Positions 17,496-26,147 of a DNA stretch of 64,000 nt are shown one piece after another. The DNA is from Candidatus Kaiserbacteria bacterium (GTDB lineage: Bacteria > Patescibacteriota > Minisyncoccia > Phycocordibacterales > Phycocordibacteraceae): assembly GCA_023264445.1 (NCBI GenBank), contig JAHFMN010000001.1, positions 177,878 to 241,877 on the forward strand. Direction: 5' to 3'. Under the pieces are notes generated by a model. The model had not been told where the DNA came from. It ran no database searches and saw only the letters and a list, made by a program, of their open reading frames with translations. The stretch's first letter is position 1, and each line of letters starts with the position of its first letter. Made by a program: the position numbers and the translations under genes.

Positions 17496-18626
17496 CTACC
17501 TTTGACCGCTACTGTCAATAAACGACACCTCGCGCGCAAGCGTCTTCGCAAAACGTGTTAATTCACTGCGCTTGACGCCCGGTCCCCAGGAGATTCGCAA
17601 GGTCGCGCGAGCACGTTCATGGTCGCCAGTCAGGGTGAACACTGCCCGTGAGCCCTCCTCTGAATCCGTTTCGCATGCGCTCTTCGTCGAGACGGCGAAT
17701 CCTTTTTCATCGAGAAGCGCCACCAGATAGTCGGTGTCGCGGTCCATGAACGAAAGATTAAGGATATGTGGTGCCTGCGCGCGACCTTCATTTATAAAGA
17801 CACGCGGAATATCATGCATCACTGTCTCCATGAATTCTGCACGCATTGACGCGGCAGAGATGCGAAATGCTTCCCGACTGGCCGCGGCCGCGCGGAGCGC
17901 GGCCGCGAACTTCGCCGCACGTTCTGGCGCTTCGCTCCCTGGACGAAGTCCTCGTTCCTGCCCGCCGCCTTTATATAGAGGAATAAGCGGAATAGTGCGA
18001 TGTGCGATAAGAGCGCCAATACCGCGAAGTGCACCTACTTTTGAACCATCAAACGTAAGGAGGTCCGCACCGAAGTGCGCGCGAAGCATCTTCTCGGTGA
18101 GAGCTGCTTGGCTGGCGTCCACATGCAAGAGTACGTCCGGCCCGATTGCATGCTTCACCTCTCTCGTATTCCAGATAACACCCGTCTCGCCGCAGACTGC
18201 ATCCATTGAGACAAGGAATGTTTCCTTCCGGAGCATTTTTGTGAGCTGCTCGATATCAACCTGAGCATCGCGTATCGGCAACTCCTCTATGGCAACACCT
18301 TCTTCGGCGAGTAATTTCATATTCTCCACCACCGACGCATGCGCGCTTGGCAGGTAGAGAGCGTGAATCTTGCCTGTGCCTCGCGCGCTTCGTGCGCGAG
18401 CGGACCCCAGTATTGCAAGAGCATTCGCTTCCGTCGCCCCACTTGTGAAGATAATATCGTCGCTCTGCACTTCAAGAAGCCGTGCAATGCTCGTACGCGC
18501 CTCTTCAAGCACCTGCTTCGCATGCCTTCCTTCCTCGTGAGGTGAAGACGGATTACCTCTTACGCCAGCGGCGTTATCAAGATATGTTCTTGCTTCCTTA
18601 ATTCGTTGCCACCACATTAATTTCAT
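17496..18626 (-). CDS. cysteine desulfurase (NifS/IscS-like class V aminotransferase)
   Basis: 376 aa. YLDNAA...GNPSSPH, PLP-Lys region FDGSKVGALRGIGALI, and a C-terminal SACETDSEE active-Cys region. Confidence 0.8.
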   Translation of the reverse strand: MKLMWWQRIKEARTYLDNAAGVRGNPSSPHEEGRHAKQVLEEARTSIARLLEVQSDDIIFTSGATEANALAILGSARARSARGTGKIHALYLPSAHASVVENMKLLAEEGVAIEELPIRDAQVDIEQLTKMLRKETFLVSMDAVCGETGVIWNTREVKHAIGPDVLLHVDASQAALTEKMLRAHFGADLLTFDGSKVGALRGIGALIAHRTIPLIPLYKGGGQERGLRPGSEAPERAAKFAAALRAAAASREAFRISAASMRAEFMETVMHDIPRVFINEGRAQAPHILNLSFMDRDTDYLVALLDEKGFAVSTKSACETDSEEGSRAVFTLTGDHERARATLRISWGPGVKRSELTRFAKTLAREVSFIDSSGQR

Positions 18627-18646
18627 TCTAGCGTAATTTGACAGAA

Positions 18647-18868
18647 TCAGCTCTTTTTCTTACCCTTTGTATGGTCCGATCCCGGCGCTGGCCGCTTCTT
18701 CTCTGAAGTCCTCGGGCGAGGCTTCATCGTTGGAGCTTTCGCTGGCACCTCCCTAGCCGGGATCGGATGCAGTTCTGTACCGTACCTTTGTTTCAAAATC
18801 TGACATCGTTCGGAAATACCGAGCGGTGTTTTCATTTCATAGGGCCAGAGCAATTGCACATAAGTCAT
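18647..18868 (-). CDS. hypothetical small basic protein
   Basis: 73 aa ORF 20 nt upstream of the desulfurase, with a Lys/Arg/Pro-rich tail. Weak support. Confidence 0.3.
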   Translation of the reverse strand: MTYVQLLWPYEMKTPLGISERCQILKQRYGTELHPIPAREVPAKAPTMKPRPRTSEKKRPAPGSDHTKGKKKS

Positions 18869-18891
18869 TTTTGTGATGAAATAGAGCCATT

Positions 18892-20361
18892 ATGGCGCGG
18901 CAGACACGACCGCCCATCATCGCGGTGATGGGCCATATAGACCACGGCAAGTCTTCCCTTCTCGATTACATCCGAAAGGCGAATATCGTTGCCGGCGAAG
19001 CGGGAGGCATCACCCAGCATGTCGCCGCCTACATAGCGCTCCACAACGACCGCGCCGTCACCTTCCTGGACACGCCCGGGCATGAGGCATTCAAGACACT
19101 GCGTACGCGCGGTGCGGCTGCCGCCGACATTGCCATTCTCGTCGTTGCTGCGGACGAAGGCGTGATGCCGCAGACCCTTGATGCCCTCGCCGCGATTAAG
19201 GAGGCAGGAATCCCTTTCATAGTCGCCATCACAAAAATAGATAAGAACAATGCGGATATTGACCACACGAAAAATTCTTTGCTTGAGCACGAGATATTTA
19301 TTGAAGGCATGGGCGGCGACATTCCCTATGCACTCGTTTCCTCCAAGACAGGCGAAGGCATACCAGGACTTCTTGATCTGGTTCTCCTCGCTTCCGATCT
19401 CGCTGAGGTAACCGCCGACCCCTCACTTCCCGCAACTGGTTTCGTACTAGAGTCTACACAAGACCCAAAACGCGGTGCTTCCGCGACGCTTATCGTAAAG
19501 GACGGCACGCTCACGCTTGAAGGATTCGTCGTTGCAGGTGATGCGTATGCACCGATACGCTTCATTGAAGACTTCCGCGGCAAGCGAATTGAACAAGCAG
19601 GGCCCTCAGAGCCAGCGCGCATTTCCGGATTCAGCAAGTTGCCCGCAGCCGGTTCGCTTTTCAGCATCGCACAAACAAAAAAGGAAGCCGAAGCACGTGC
19701 GCAGACAAATGCAAAAGAACTCGCAGTGGGGCCTGAACGCAGTGCGGCGGTGGAGGGTATCGTCGAGCTTCCGCTTGTGGTGAAGGCGGACGTCGCCGGC
19801 TCCGTCGATGCTATCGAACATGAACTCGCAAAGATAACCCACGAGCGCGCTTCCATCCGCATCGTTTCTTCGGGCGTAGGATCCATCTCGGAAAATGACG
19901 TCAAGCTTGCGCATGCTTCGGGTGCGATCATCATCGCATTCAATGTCGGGACAGATGCCATTGCCCGCGAGCTTGCCGAACGCGATGCGATTACCATTGA
20001 GACGTTTTCCATCATTTATGAATTATCAGCGAAGGTAGTGGAGCTGCTTGCACAGCGCGTGCCGAAGGTAGCGAGCGAGCAAGAGCTCGGACGCGCGCGC
20101 ATATTGAAGCTGTTTTCTTCAGGTGCGAAGAAGCAGGTACTCGGCGCGCGCCACACATCAGGCATACTTACCGTCGGTAATCGCGTGAAGATACTGCGGG
20201 GCGAGATTGAAGTCGCACGAGGAAGCATCAAGAACCTCCAGCAGGCGCGGGCGGATGTAAAGGAGATAAAAACCGAGGGTGATTTCGGTACTGAAATCGA
20301 AGCACGCGAGCACGCCGCTCCGGGCGATGATCTCGTCGCCTTTACCATCATCGAATCATGA
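18892..20361 (+). CDS. infB: translation initiation factor IF-2 (short form lacking N-terminal domains)
   Basis: 489 aa. [23 protein letters not shown]...[10 protein letters not shown]...DTPGHEAF are G-domain motifs typical of IF-2. Confidence 0.9.
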   Translation: MARQTRPPIIAVMGHIDHGKSSLLDYIRKANIVAGEAGGITQHVAAYIALHNDRAVTFLDTPGHEAFKTLRTRGAAAADIAILVVAADEGVMPQTLDALAAIKEAGIPFIVAITKIDKNNADIDHTKNSLLEHEIFIEGMGGDIPYALVSSKTGEGIPGLLDLVLLASDLAEVTADPSLPATGFVLESTQDPKRGASATLIVKDGTLTLEGFVVAGDAYAPIRFIEDFRGKRIEQAGPSEPARISGFSKLPAAGSLFSIAQTKKEAEARAQTNAKELAVGPERSAAVEGIVELPLVVKADVAGSVDAIEHELAKITHERASIRIVSSGVGSISENDVKLAHASGAIIIAFNVGTDAIARELAERDAITIETFSIIYELSAKVVELLAQRVPKVASEQELGRARILKLFSSGAKKQVLGARHTSGILTVGNRVKILRGEIEVARGSIKNLQQARADVKEIKTEGDFGTEIEAREHAAPGDDLVAFTIIES

Positions 20362-20717
20362 TTCCCAGGAGAGAAACGGGAGGCGGGCGCTCCTCGCAGA
20401 ATCGCGCACTAGAAATCGTGGCGCGCGAGGCGGCGCAGTTTATCGCCCGCGAGGCCGGAACTGAATCGCTTATCACAGTTATCCGTGCAGAAAGTGCCGC
20501 GCATGGCCCCAAAGGGGCCCCCTTCGGGGGCGAACGCATGATGGTCTTCGTAAGTGTCTTCCCTGTAGAGAAGGCTCAGGCGGCGCTTGCCTTTCTGGAA
20601 CGCCAACGTGAAGCGTTCTCGGATTATTTAAAAACGCATGCGCGACTGCGCCTCCCACGCATCGACTTCCTCCTTGATAACGGCGAGCAGTCGCTTTCGG
20701 AAGGAAGCGTACAGTAG
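20358..20717 (+). CDS. rbfA: ribosome-binding factor A
   Basis: 119 aa. ATGA overlap with the infB stop gives the canonical infB-rbfA order. R..R...I..E.A.FI.RE and LRLPRIDFLLD resemble RbfA. Confidence 0.6.
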   Translation: MIPRRETGGGRSSQNRALEIVAREAAQFIAREAGTESLITVIRAESAAHGPKGAPFGGERMMVFVSVFPVEKAQAALAFLERQREAFSDYLKTHARLRLPRIDFLLDNGEQSLSEGSVQ

Positions 20718-20731
20718 TATCATCTAGCGAC

Positions 20732-20803
20732 GGCCCGGTGGTGAAGTGGTAACACAGCGGTCTGCAAAACCGCGATGCGCGGGTTCAATTCCCGCCCGGG
20801 CCT
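20732..20803 (+). tRNA. tRNA-Cys (anticodon GCA)
   Basis: Acceptor GGCCCGG/CCGGGCC, anticodon stem GCGGT/ACCGC, loop CTGCAAA, T-arm GCGGG-TTCAATT-CCCGC. Confidence 0.8.
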
Positions 20804-20833
20804 CAAGCACGAAACGTTGTATCCTGGAGAAAT

Positions 20834-20922
20834 GCCGAGGTGGCGGAATGGTAGACGCACAGGACTTAAAATCCTGAGAGAGCCTAAAAACTCTCATGTG
20901 AGTTCGAGTCTCACTCTCGGTA
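20834..20922 (+). tRNA. tRNA-Leu (anticodon TAA), type II with long variable arm
   Basis: GCCGAGGTGGCGGAATGGTAGACGC, anticodon stem CAGGA/TCCTG, loop CTTAAAA, long variable arm, T-arm GTGAG-TTCGAGT-CTCAC. Confidence 0.85.
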
Positions 20923-20939
20923 CTGATATAGTAGTGAAC

Positions 20940-21779
20940 ATGATGCCTGACGCAATTTGCTATTTCAATGGTTCCTTGGTGCCTTTAAAAGACGCCCGGG
21001 TGAGTCTCATAGACCTCGGGCTTACGCGCGGTTTCGGTATCTACGAGGGCATCACCGCGTTTCAGGGTGAACCGTTCCGCTTCAGCGATCATTGGAAACG
21101 GTTTGAAAATTCTGCACGAGCGCTTCGCCTCTCCCTTCCCTTCTCCGAACAGGAAGTGCTTGAAGCGATGCGTGCAGTCATCGCCGCCAACTCCCCTGGA
21201 GCACGCGCGACGATCCGGATGATTCTTACGGGAGGAGAGGCCGATGGCGGCATTGAGCACGTTGTGGGGCGCGAGACGATCTTCATCACTGCTGAACCAG
21301 CAGTGCCGCTCCCGGAAGCGTTTTACACAAAGGGTGCGTCCATGCAGACGCATGAGCATCAACGATTCCTGCCGGAATACAAAACAACGAATTACATCAC
21401 CGCCGTGCTTCTGCAACAAAAGCGGAAGGAAGCGGGCGCAGTCGAAATATTGTATATCGCAAACGACTCCGTGCTTGAATGCACCGGCAGTAATGTCTTC
21501 ATTGTGAAAGATGGACGGCTCATAACGCCAAAGGATGGCATACTGCACGGCATCACGCGCAAGGTCGCCCTGGAGCTCGCGCAAGGTGCGTATCCGGGAG
21601 AGGAACGTGTAATACCGCTTGATGAACTATTCGACGCAGATGAAGTGTTCATCACCTCGTCGTTTAAAGATATCGTGCCCATCATCACTGTGGATGGAAA
21701 GACTATCGGCTCCGGAGCGCCAGGTCCGATTACTCTTGATTTGATGAAGCGCTTCGCGGAATACGCAAAAACATATTGA
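20940..21779 (+). CDS. class IV aminotransferase (branched-chain amino acid / D-amino acid aminotransferase family)
   Basis: 280 aa from MMPDAICYFNGSLVPLKDARVSLIDLGLTRGFGIYEG. The longer ORF from 20775 would read through the two upstream tRNAs and is rejected. Confidence 0.8.
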   Translation: MMPDAICYFNGSLVPLKDARVSLIDLGLTRGFGIYEGITAFQGEPFRFSDHWKRFENSARALRLSLPFSEQEVLEAMRAVIAANSPGARATIRMILTGGEADGGIEHVVGRETIFITAEPAVPLPEAFYTKGASMQTHEHQRFLPEYKTTNYITAVLLQQKRKEAGAVEILYIANDSVLECTGSNVFIVKDGRLITPKDGILHGITRKVALELAQGAYPGEERVIPLDELFDADEVFITSSFKDIVPIITVDGKTIGSGAPGPITLDLMKRFAEYAKTY

Positions 21780-21893
21780 AGCGAGTGCGTTCATCGTGTA
21801 CTGTTCAAAGCATTGCGCCTATATGTAAGCATATATGCGCTGCGTTCGGCGCAAAAGAATGTTAGATTACTAACGTTCTTTTGACCTCACTTT

Positions 21894-21966
21894 GCGCCTA
21901 TAGCTCAGTTGGTAGAGCAGCTCCCTCTTAAGGAGACGGTCCCTGGTTCGAGCCCAGGTAGGCGCA
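21894..21966 (+). tRNA. tRNA-Lys (anticodon CTT)
   Basis: GCGCCTATAGCTCAGTTGGTAGAGCA..., loop CTCTTAA, T-arm CCTGG-TTCGAGC-CCAGG, acceptor TAGGCGC. There is one G-A mismatch at the top of the anticodon stem. Confidence 0.75.
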
Positions 21967-22077
21967 CAAAAGGGTTCGACTTGCTATAGTTTCAATACGC
22001 TGGGGTATGTAAGCATACTCCAGTCTCGTTCGGGCGATGAGGAAGAATGAAGACATTCTTCCTCATTCCCTCACTTC

Positions 22078-22159
22078 GCTGGGGTGGCGAAATTGGTAGA
22101 CGCACTAGCCTTAGGAGCTAGCGGGGCAACCCATGGAGGTTCGAGTCCTCTCCCCAGCA
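22078..22159 (+). tRNA. tRNA-Leu (anticodon TAG), type II
   Basis: Acceptor GCTGGGG/CCCCAGC, anticodon stem CTAGC/GCTAG, loop CTTAGGA, long variable arm, T-loop TTCGAGT. Confidence 0.85.
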
Positions 22160-22255
22160 CTTGACTTTTCTATAGTTTCGTGTATTATAGTGTGCAGTAA
22201 CAAGGTCTTTTCATTGCAATTCCCAATCAACGTCGATGAGACAGGAGAGATAATC

Positions 22256-23215
22256 ATGACACCGATCGAAAACTTCATTCAGGCTTTCGCGAGCCGGAAA
22301 GCATTCTTCTTCTTCTTCGTGTCCGTGTGCGCAGGACTTATCATCGTCACTGCAATCACGATTCCCGCAGCGTTCTTTCTCAAGCACTATTTGGTGCTGG
22401 GACTTGGTCTCGGGACGGCTTTATGGCTGTACTCAAATGGGAAGGTATTGAAGTTCTTCATGGTTTCGGTTCCTGAAGTAACGGGACTCGTAGCTGTCAA
22501 CCTCCTTACAGGAGATATGAACGCCTACGGGACGGGACTCCATTTCCGTTTCCCATGGGAACAAGTCAAGGAGAGCAACTATATCAATCTGCGGACGATG
22601 AAAACGGACGACAAGCAGGAGACATTTCCCTGCAAAGACGGTCCCGTTATCATCGTTAAGTGGTCGCTCCAGTACCGTTCGTCGGTGGAACAATTGCCTG
22701 CCTATATCGCGGTTGACGAAGAGACCATCAACAAGGGTCTCAACGAGGTGGCAAGCAGTTTCCTAGCCCTCAAGATTCGTGACATGAACTCGGAAGAAAT
22801 CCGAGAGAGGGCAAAAAAAGCCGAGCTCGAGGAAGATCTGTTTAAGCACTTCCGGGAAGAAGCCACCGTCCCGATAAAGATGTCAGACGGGTCAACGGGC
22901 AAGGAAGAGCTGGAGGCGTTCTACGGCATCAGCATCATGTTGGTCACCATCGCCGACGTTGATTTCGAGGTGGACTACCAGAAGGCCCGCTCGACCGATC
23001 AGGTCATGAAAAAGTACAAGGAAACGGCCGAGGCGATCAAGCAGGGCGACGGCAGTATCACAAGCAAGGATGCCCTTGACGGTGTCTTGATGGTTGCTGG
23101 TAAAGGGGTAACGAAAAACGTGATTCAGGAAACCAAGGTGCTGGACGTCACCCCTGCGCTTGCAGACGTTCTGAAAGCAGTGGCAGGAGCATTCTCAAGC
23201 CGCGAAAGGAGCTGA
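22256..23215 (+). CDS. SPFH/band-7 (stomatin/flotillin-like) domain membrane protein
   Basis: 319 aa from MTPIENF, with SD acaGGAGAgataatcATG. N-terminal TM helices, then an SPFH-like region and a charged coiled-coil tail. The ORF is open from 22133 but overlaps the tRNA 3' end. Confidence 0.65.
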   Translation: MTPIENFIQAFASRKAFFFFFVSVCAGLIIVTAITIPAAFFLKHYLVLGLGLGTALWLYSNGKVLKFFMVSVPEVTGLVAVNLLTGDMNAYGTGLHFRFPWEQVKESNYINLRTMKTDDKQETFPCKDGPVIIVKWSLQYRSSVEQLPAYIAVDEETINKGLNEVASSFLALKIRDMNSEEIRERAKKAELEEDLFKHFREEATVPIKMSDGSTGKEELEAFYGISIMLVTIADVDFEVDYQKARSTDQVMKKYKETAEAIKQGDGSITSKDALDGVLMVAGKGVTKNVIQETKVLDVTPALADVLKAVAGAFSSRERS

Positions 23216-23217
23216 AC

Positions 23218-23661
23218 ATGACCACAAGAGCAAAACCGAAGGAAATTGTCGCTGAGAGTCAGAAGATTTTCGGCGTCGTGGAAAAGGGTTCCACGTGGAT
23301 TGCACTTCCGCTTGCGGTCGTAACCATCCTTGCTGTGATCATCTGGGAGCCGGGCACTCCGTCTAAGCCTCCCGAACGTGCAACGCGTTCAGAGGTTCCG
23401 CTCGCGAGTGCGCCGCGGTCGACGTGGCTGAAACTCGTTGTGGATCCCGGAGGAACTTCCAAACGGATACCGCTACCGCTTCGCATGCATCATATCGTGG
23501 TTGCTGGAAACAAGTATCAGCTTCACACGGTATATGCAGACGGACGTGAGTGTGCTTCGTTCGGTAAGGAGACGTGTCCCGAAGGAGCAGTCACGGAATA
23601 CTACGTGACGAACGAGGCACAGGACAAAGACATCCTTTCCTATGCTTTTGTCTCGAAGTAA
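23218..23661 (+). CDS. membrane protein, possible NfeD-like partner of the SPFH protein (hypothetical)
   Basis: 147 aa. Start codon 2 nt after the SPFH stop. One TM helix and a C-terminal beta-rich domain. Confidence 0.45.
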   Translation: MTTRAKPKEIVAESQKIFGVVEKGSTWIALPLAVVTILAVIIWEPGTPSKPPERATRSEVPLASAPRSTWLKLVVDPGGTSKRIPLPLRMHHIVVAGNKYQLHTVYADGRECASFGKETCPEGAVTEYYVTNEAQDKDILSYAFVSK

Positions 23662-23684
23662 GTTCTTTGCTGGAAGTCCAGCGC

Positions 23685-23718
23685 AAAAGCCGACCGATTC
23701 CCGGTCGGCTTTTTTCTT
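23685..23718. terminator. bidirectional rho-independent terminator
   Basis: aaaagccgaccg-attcc-cggtcggcttttttcttttt, between the convergent 23218-23661 (+) gene and the pilin array (-). Confidence 0.65.
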
Positions 23719-23721
23719 TTT

Positions 23722-24003
23722 CTACTGACCGCCTATGGTCCCGGGAGTAAGCGCAGGCAGACTGAAAGAACCGAGCGCGATATTGATAACGCCGTATGCG
23801 CCGAAGATGATGACAAGTCCCAAAAGACCCCAGAGAATGGCGCGGCGACCTTCTACGCGCTTCGTTTCATCGCCAGCACCCTTGATGAATTCAAACACAC
23901 CCCAGAGGAAGACGACGAACGCCGCTGCTGCCAGAAGCAGGATAATGGGATTAATTATCTGAACGACGACCCTCGAGAGAAACGAGTTGAGAGCGTCAAA
24001 CAT
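23722..24003 (-). CDS. pilin-like small membrane protein (TrbC/VirB2 / T4SS-pilin-like), paralog 1
   Basis: 93 aa. IINPIILLLAAAAFVVFLWGVFEF...ILWGLLGLVIIFGAYGVINIAL two-helix core is shared with 5 neighbours. Confidence 0.6.
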   Translation of the reverse strand: MFDALNSFLSRVVVQIINPIILLLAAAAFVVFLWGVFEFIKGAGDETKRVEGRRAILWGLLGLVIIFGAYGVINIALGSFSLPALTPGTIGGQ

Positions 24004-24389
24004 TAGTGAACCTGGACACCAGCTGAAGGAGTACCGCCTGTAGGGCCGGTATTGTTGCCGAAGCTGACCGTGCCGCTAAAGATATTCACGAGGCCCCAGA
24101 CGGAGACCATCACGAAGAAACCGATAAGGCCCCAAAGCATGAGATTCTTACCCTTCTCCTTCACGTCCTCACTATTTGCTCCCCAGATAAACGTCTCAAA
24201 AGCACCCCAGAGGAAGACGATGAACGCCACCGCGAAGAGGACCGGGACGAGGATATTGTTGATGGTATTGATGACGAAGGAACCGACATCGGAGACATTG
24301 CTGATGGCGGCAGACGAGACGAGCGGCAGCGCAAGAGCTGCGAGCGTTCCGGAAGTAAGGGCAGTAACTTTTATCAGAGCTTTTTTCAT
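24003..24389 (-). CDS. pilin-like membrane protein, paralog 2
   Basis: 128 aa. Signal peptide, then NNILVPVLFAVAFIVFLWGAFETF...LMLWGLIGFFVMVSVWGLVNI. Confidence 0.65.
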   Translation of the reverse strand: MKKALIKVTALTSGTLAALALPLVSSAAISNVSDVGSFVINTINNILVPVLFAVAFIVFLWGAFETFIWGANSEDVKEKGKNLMLWGLIGFFVMVSVWGLVNIFSGTVSFGNNTGPTGGTPSAGVQVH

Positions 24390-24472
24390 AGTAAGGGTAA
24401 GTGGATAACGCTGTTATTGTATCGCCCCTAGGGGCAGGGTCAATCGTGCTCCGAGGATTTGTGTGGACAATC

Positions 24473-24964
24473 CTAGATCCTCGGCGCCGGAGGCGCGTTG
24501 TTGCTCACCCCCGTAGCGGGAATGAGGGTACCCTTCACGATATTGACGAGTCCCCACAAGGAGCCAATGATGACGAAACCGATAACGCCCCAAAGGACGA
24601 ACTGCCGACCGGATTTGCGGTCTTCGTCGCTGGCAGCGCCAAGGATGAAATATTTGTAGACACCGTAGAGGAAGACAATGAAGGAAACGGCGATGAGAAT
24701 GGGGACAAGGATTTCGTTAATGAACGACGTAATGAGATCTTTGTAAAAAGTAGCCCATTGTAGGTTCGCACTGCCCGCGCCTGTCGTACTATCTGGCTGG
24801 CAGATACCGGAAACGTTGCAGTGACCGGCCACTGAAGATTGGATGCACTGATTCCCTGTCGCACCGGGATAATCGCAACTTGCATCAACCGCGAAGGCCG
24901 CAATTGGGGCGCCGAAGGCACCTATAAGCGTGAAGAGTGCTACGAGTCTCGAGATTTTTTTCAT
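24473..24964 (-). CDS. pilin-like membrane protein, paralog 3 (Cys-containing ectodomain)
   Basis: 163 aa. Signal peptide, Cys-rich segment CDYPGATGNQCIQSSVAGHCNVSGICQPD, then the conserved core NEILVPILIAVSFIVFLYG...FVLWGVIGFVIIGSLWGLVNI. Confidence 0.65.
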   Translation of the reverse strand: MKKISRLVALFTLIGAFGAPIAAFAVDASCDYPGATGNQCIQSSVAGHCNVSGICQPDSTTGAGSANLQWATFYKDLITSFINEILVPILIAVSFIVFLYGVYKYFILGAASDEDRKSGRQFVLWGVIGFVIIGSLWGLVNIVKGTLIPATGVSNNAPPAPRI

Positions 24965-24975
24965 AGTGTAGTGAT

Positions 24976-25413
24976 TTAGAACGACCTCGGAGTCGGGGGC
25001 GCGTACGAGCCGGCGAGGCCGAAGGTGTTCGCGACGACGTTGACCAGCCCCCAGAGCGATACCATGACGACGAAACCGATAATACCCCAGAGGATAAGCT
25101 TATGTCCGCGCTTGACTGCCTCTTCATCCCCCCTACTGAATATGTAGGCATCCGCGACGCCATACAGGAAGACGATGAATGCCAGAGCGAAAAGCACTGG
25201 TACGAGTATGCCGTTGATGATGTAGAGGATATTCTGTGCGACGCCGCAGATAGTGGTCGTGCAGACGCCGAAGCCGGTACCGGCGTTATAAAAGATGCCC
25301 CAGGTTCCCCCGGAATTTTGTTGAACAATCCCTACACCCTGCGCGAGCGCAGCTACCGGAGTAAAGGCGGCGAGAAATGCGAGAGCGGTGCGGGTGATTG
25401 ATGTAGTAGTCAT
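24976..25413 (-). CDS. pilin-like membrane protein, paralog 4
   Basis: 145 aa. Signal peptide, then core INGILVPVLFALAFIVFLYG...LILWGIIGFVVMVSLWGLVNV. Confidence 0.65.
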   Translation of the reverse strand: MTTTSITRTALAFLAAFTPVAALAQGVGIVQQNSGGTWGIFYNAGTGFGVCTTTICGVAQNILYIINGILVPVLFALAFIVFLYGVADAYIFSRGDEEAVKRGHKLILWGIIGFVVMVSLWGLVNVVANTFGLAGSYAPPTPRSF

Positions 25414-25434
25414 AGATAGGGTAAGTATGACACG

Positions 25435-25722
25435 TCAGGCAGCAGGTGCGACGCCGAGCGTGGATAACAGTATATTCACGAATCCCCAGACCGAAAAGAG
25501 AACTACCATCCCGATAAGGCCCCAGAGGACGAAGTACCGCCCTTCCGCTCGCTTCTTCTCATCGTCGACGTGGAGGAAGAAATAGTTCATAATGCCCCAG
25601 ACGAATGCCGCGAAAGCGAAGGCAAAAATGACGGGCACAACGAAGTTGTTAACCAAACCGATGATGCCGGTATTGCCGCTTCCAACCCAATCCTTGAAGC
25701 TCGTGCCGCCAGAGAGATTCAT
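25435..25722 (-). CDS. pilin-like membrane protein, paralog 5
   Basis: 95 aa from MNLSGGTSFKDW. Core NNFVVPVIFAFAFAAFVWG...FVLWGLIGMVVLFSVWGFVNI. The Arg-rich upstream ORF extension to 25962 is rejected. Confidence 0.6.
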   Translation of the reverse strand: MNLSGGTSFKDWVGSGNTGIIGLVNNFVVPVIFAFAFAAFVWGIMNYFFLHVDDEKKRAEGRYFVLWGLIGMVVLFSVWGFVNILLSTLGVAPAA

Positions 25723-25724
25723 AA

Positions 25725-26147
25725 TTAGCCGCCAAGCGCTTGCACAGTTGCCTTGATGGCCATGGCTATCGCCTGCGACCCGAGCAATACAAGGGAGCCA
25801 ATAACCGTCCAGAGAAGTGCTTTTCGTGCTTCGATAATCTTCGTTTCGTTCCCTTGTGCAACGACAAATAGGTACCCCACATACACCACCATCAGGACGA
25901 CGACGATGCTGCCGATTCGAATCACGAAGGCAAGAATGTTGAGGAGAAATGATTCCAAGCAATTTCCATTACTCTGGCTACAATCGACTCCACTCAATGG
26001 GTTAATGAGGCGAATGCTGGAACCGTTATTACTTCCGCCTCCACTCGTAACGGTCTGATTATTTCCGCCTCCACTCGTAACGGTCTGGGCAAATGCGAAG
26101 GGGGCAAATGCGAGAAAGAAAATAGCAATGATGAAAGAGCGTGTCAT
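25725..26147 (-). CDS. pilin-like membrane protein, paralog 6 (with internal 30-bp tandem duplication)
   Basis: 140 aa. Signal peptide, QTVTSGGGNN/QTVTSGGGSN repeat, then core LNILAFVIRIGSIVVVLMVVYVGYLF...ALLWTVIGSLVLLGSQAIAMAI. Confidence 0.6.
   Translation of the reverse strand: MTRSFIIAIFFLAFAPFAFAQTVTSGGGNNQTVTSGGGSNNGSSIRLINPLSGVDCSQSNGNCLESFLLNILAFVIRIGSIVVVLMVVYVGYLFVVAQGNETKIIEARKALLWTVIGSLVLLGSQAIAMAIKATVQALGG

Noticed and set aside
19326-20015. 229-aa minus-strand ORF
   Set aside because: Antisense to infB. Ser/Ala/Thr-rich junk composition.
20775-20939. N-terminal 55 codons of the track ORF 20775-21779
   Set aside because: This stretch reads through tRNA-Cys and tRNA-Leu. The aminotransferase homology begins at the Met at 20940.
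25723-25962. Upstream 80-codon extension of pilin paralog 5 (MLGIISPQHSCLRDSNRQHRRRP...)
   Set aside because: Arg-rich non-protein-like sequence that overlaps the preceding paralog. The conserved pilin core starts at the internal Met (25722).
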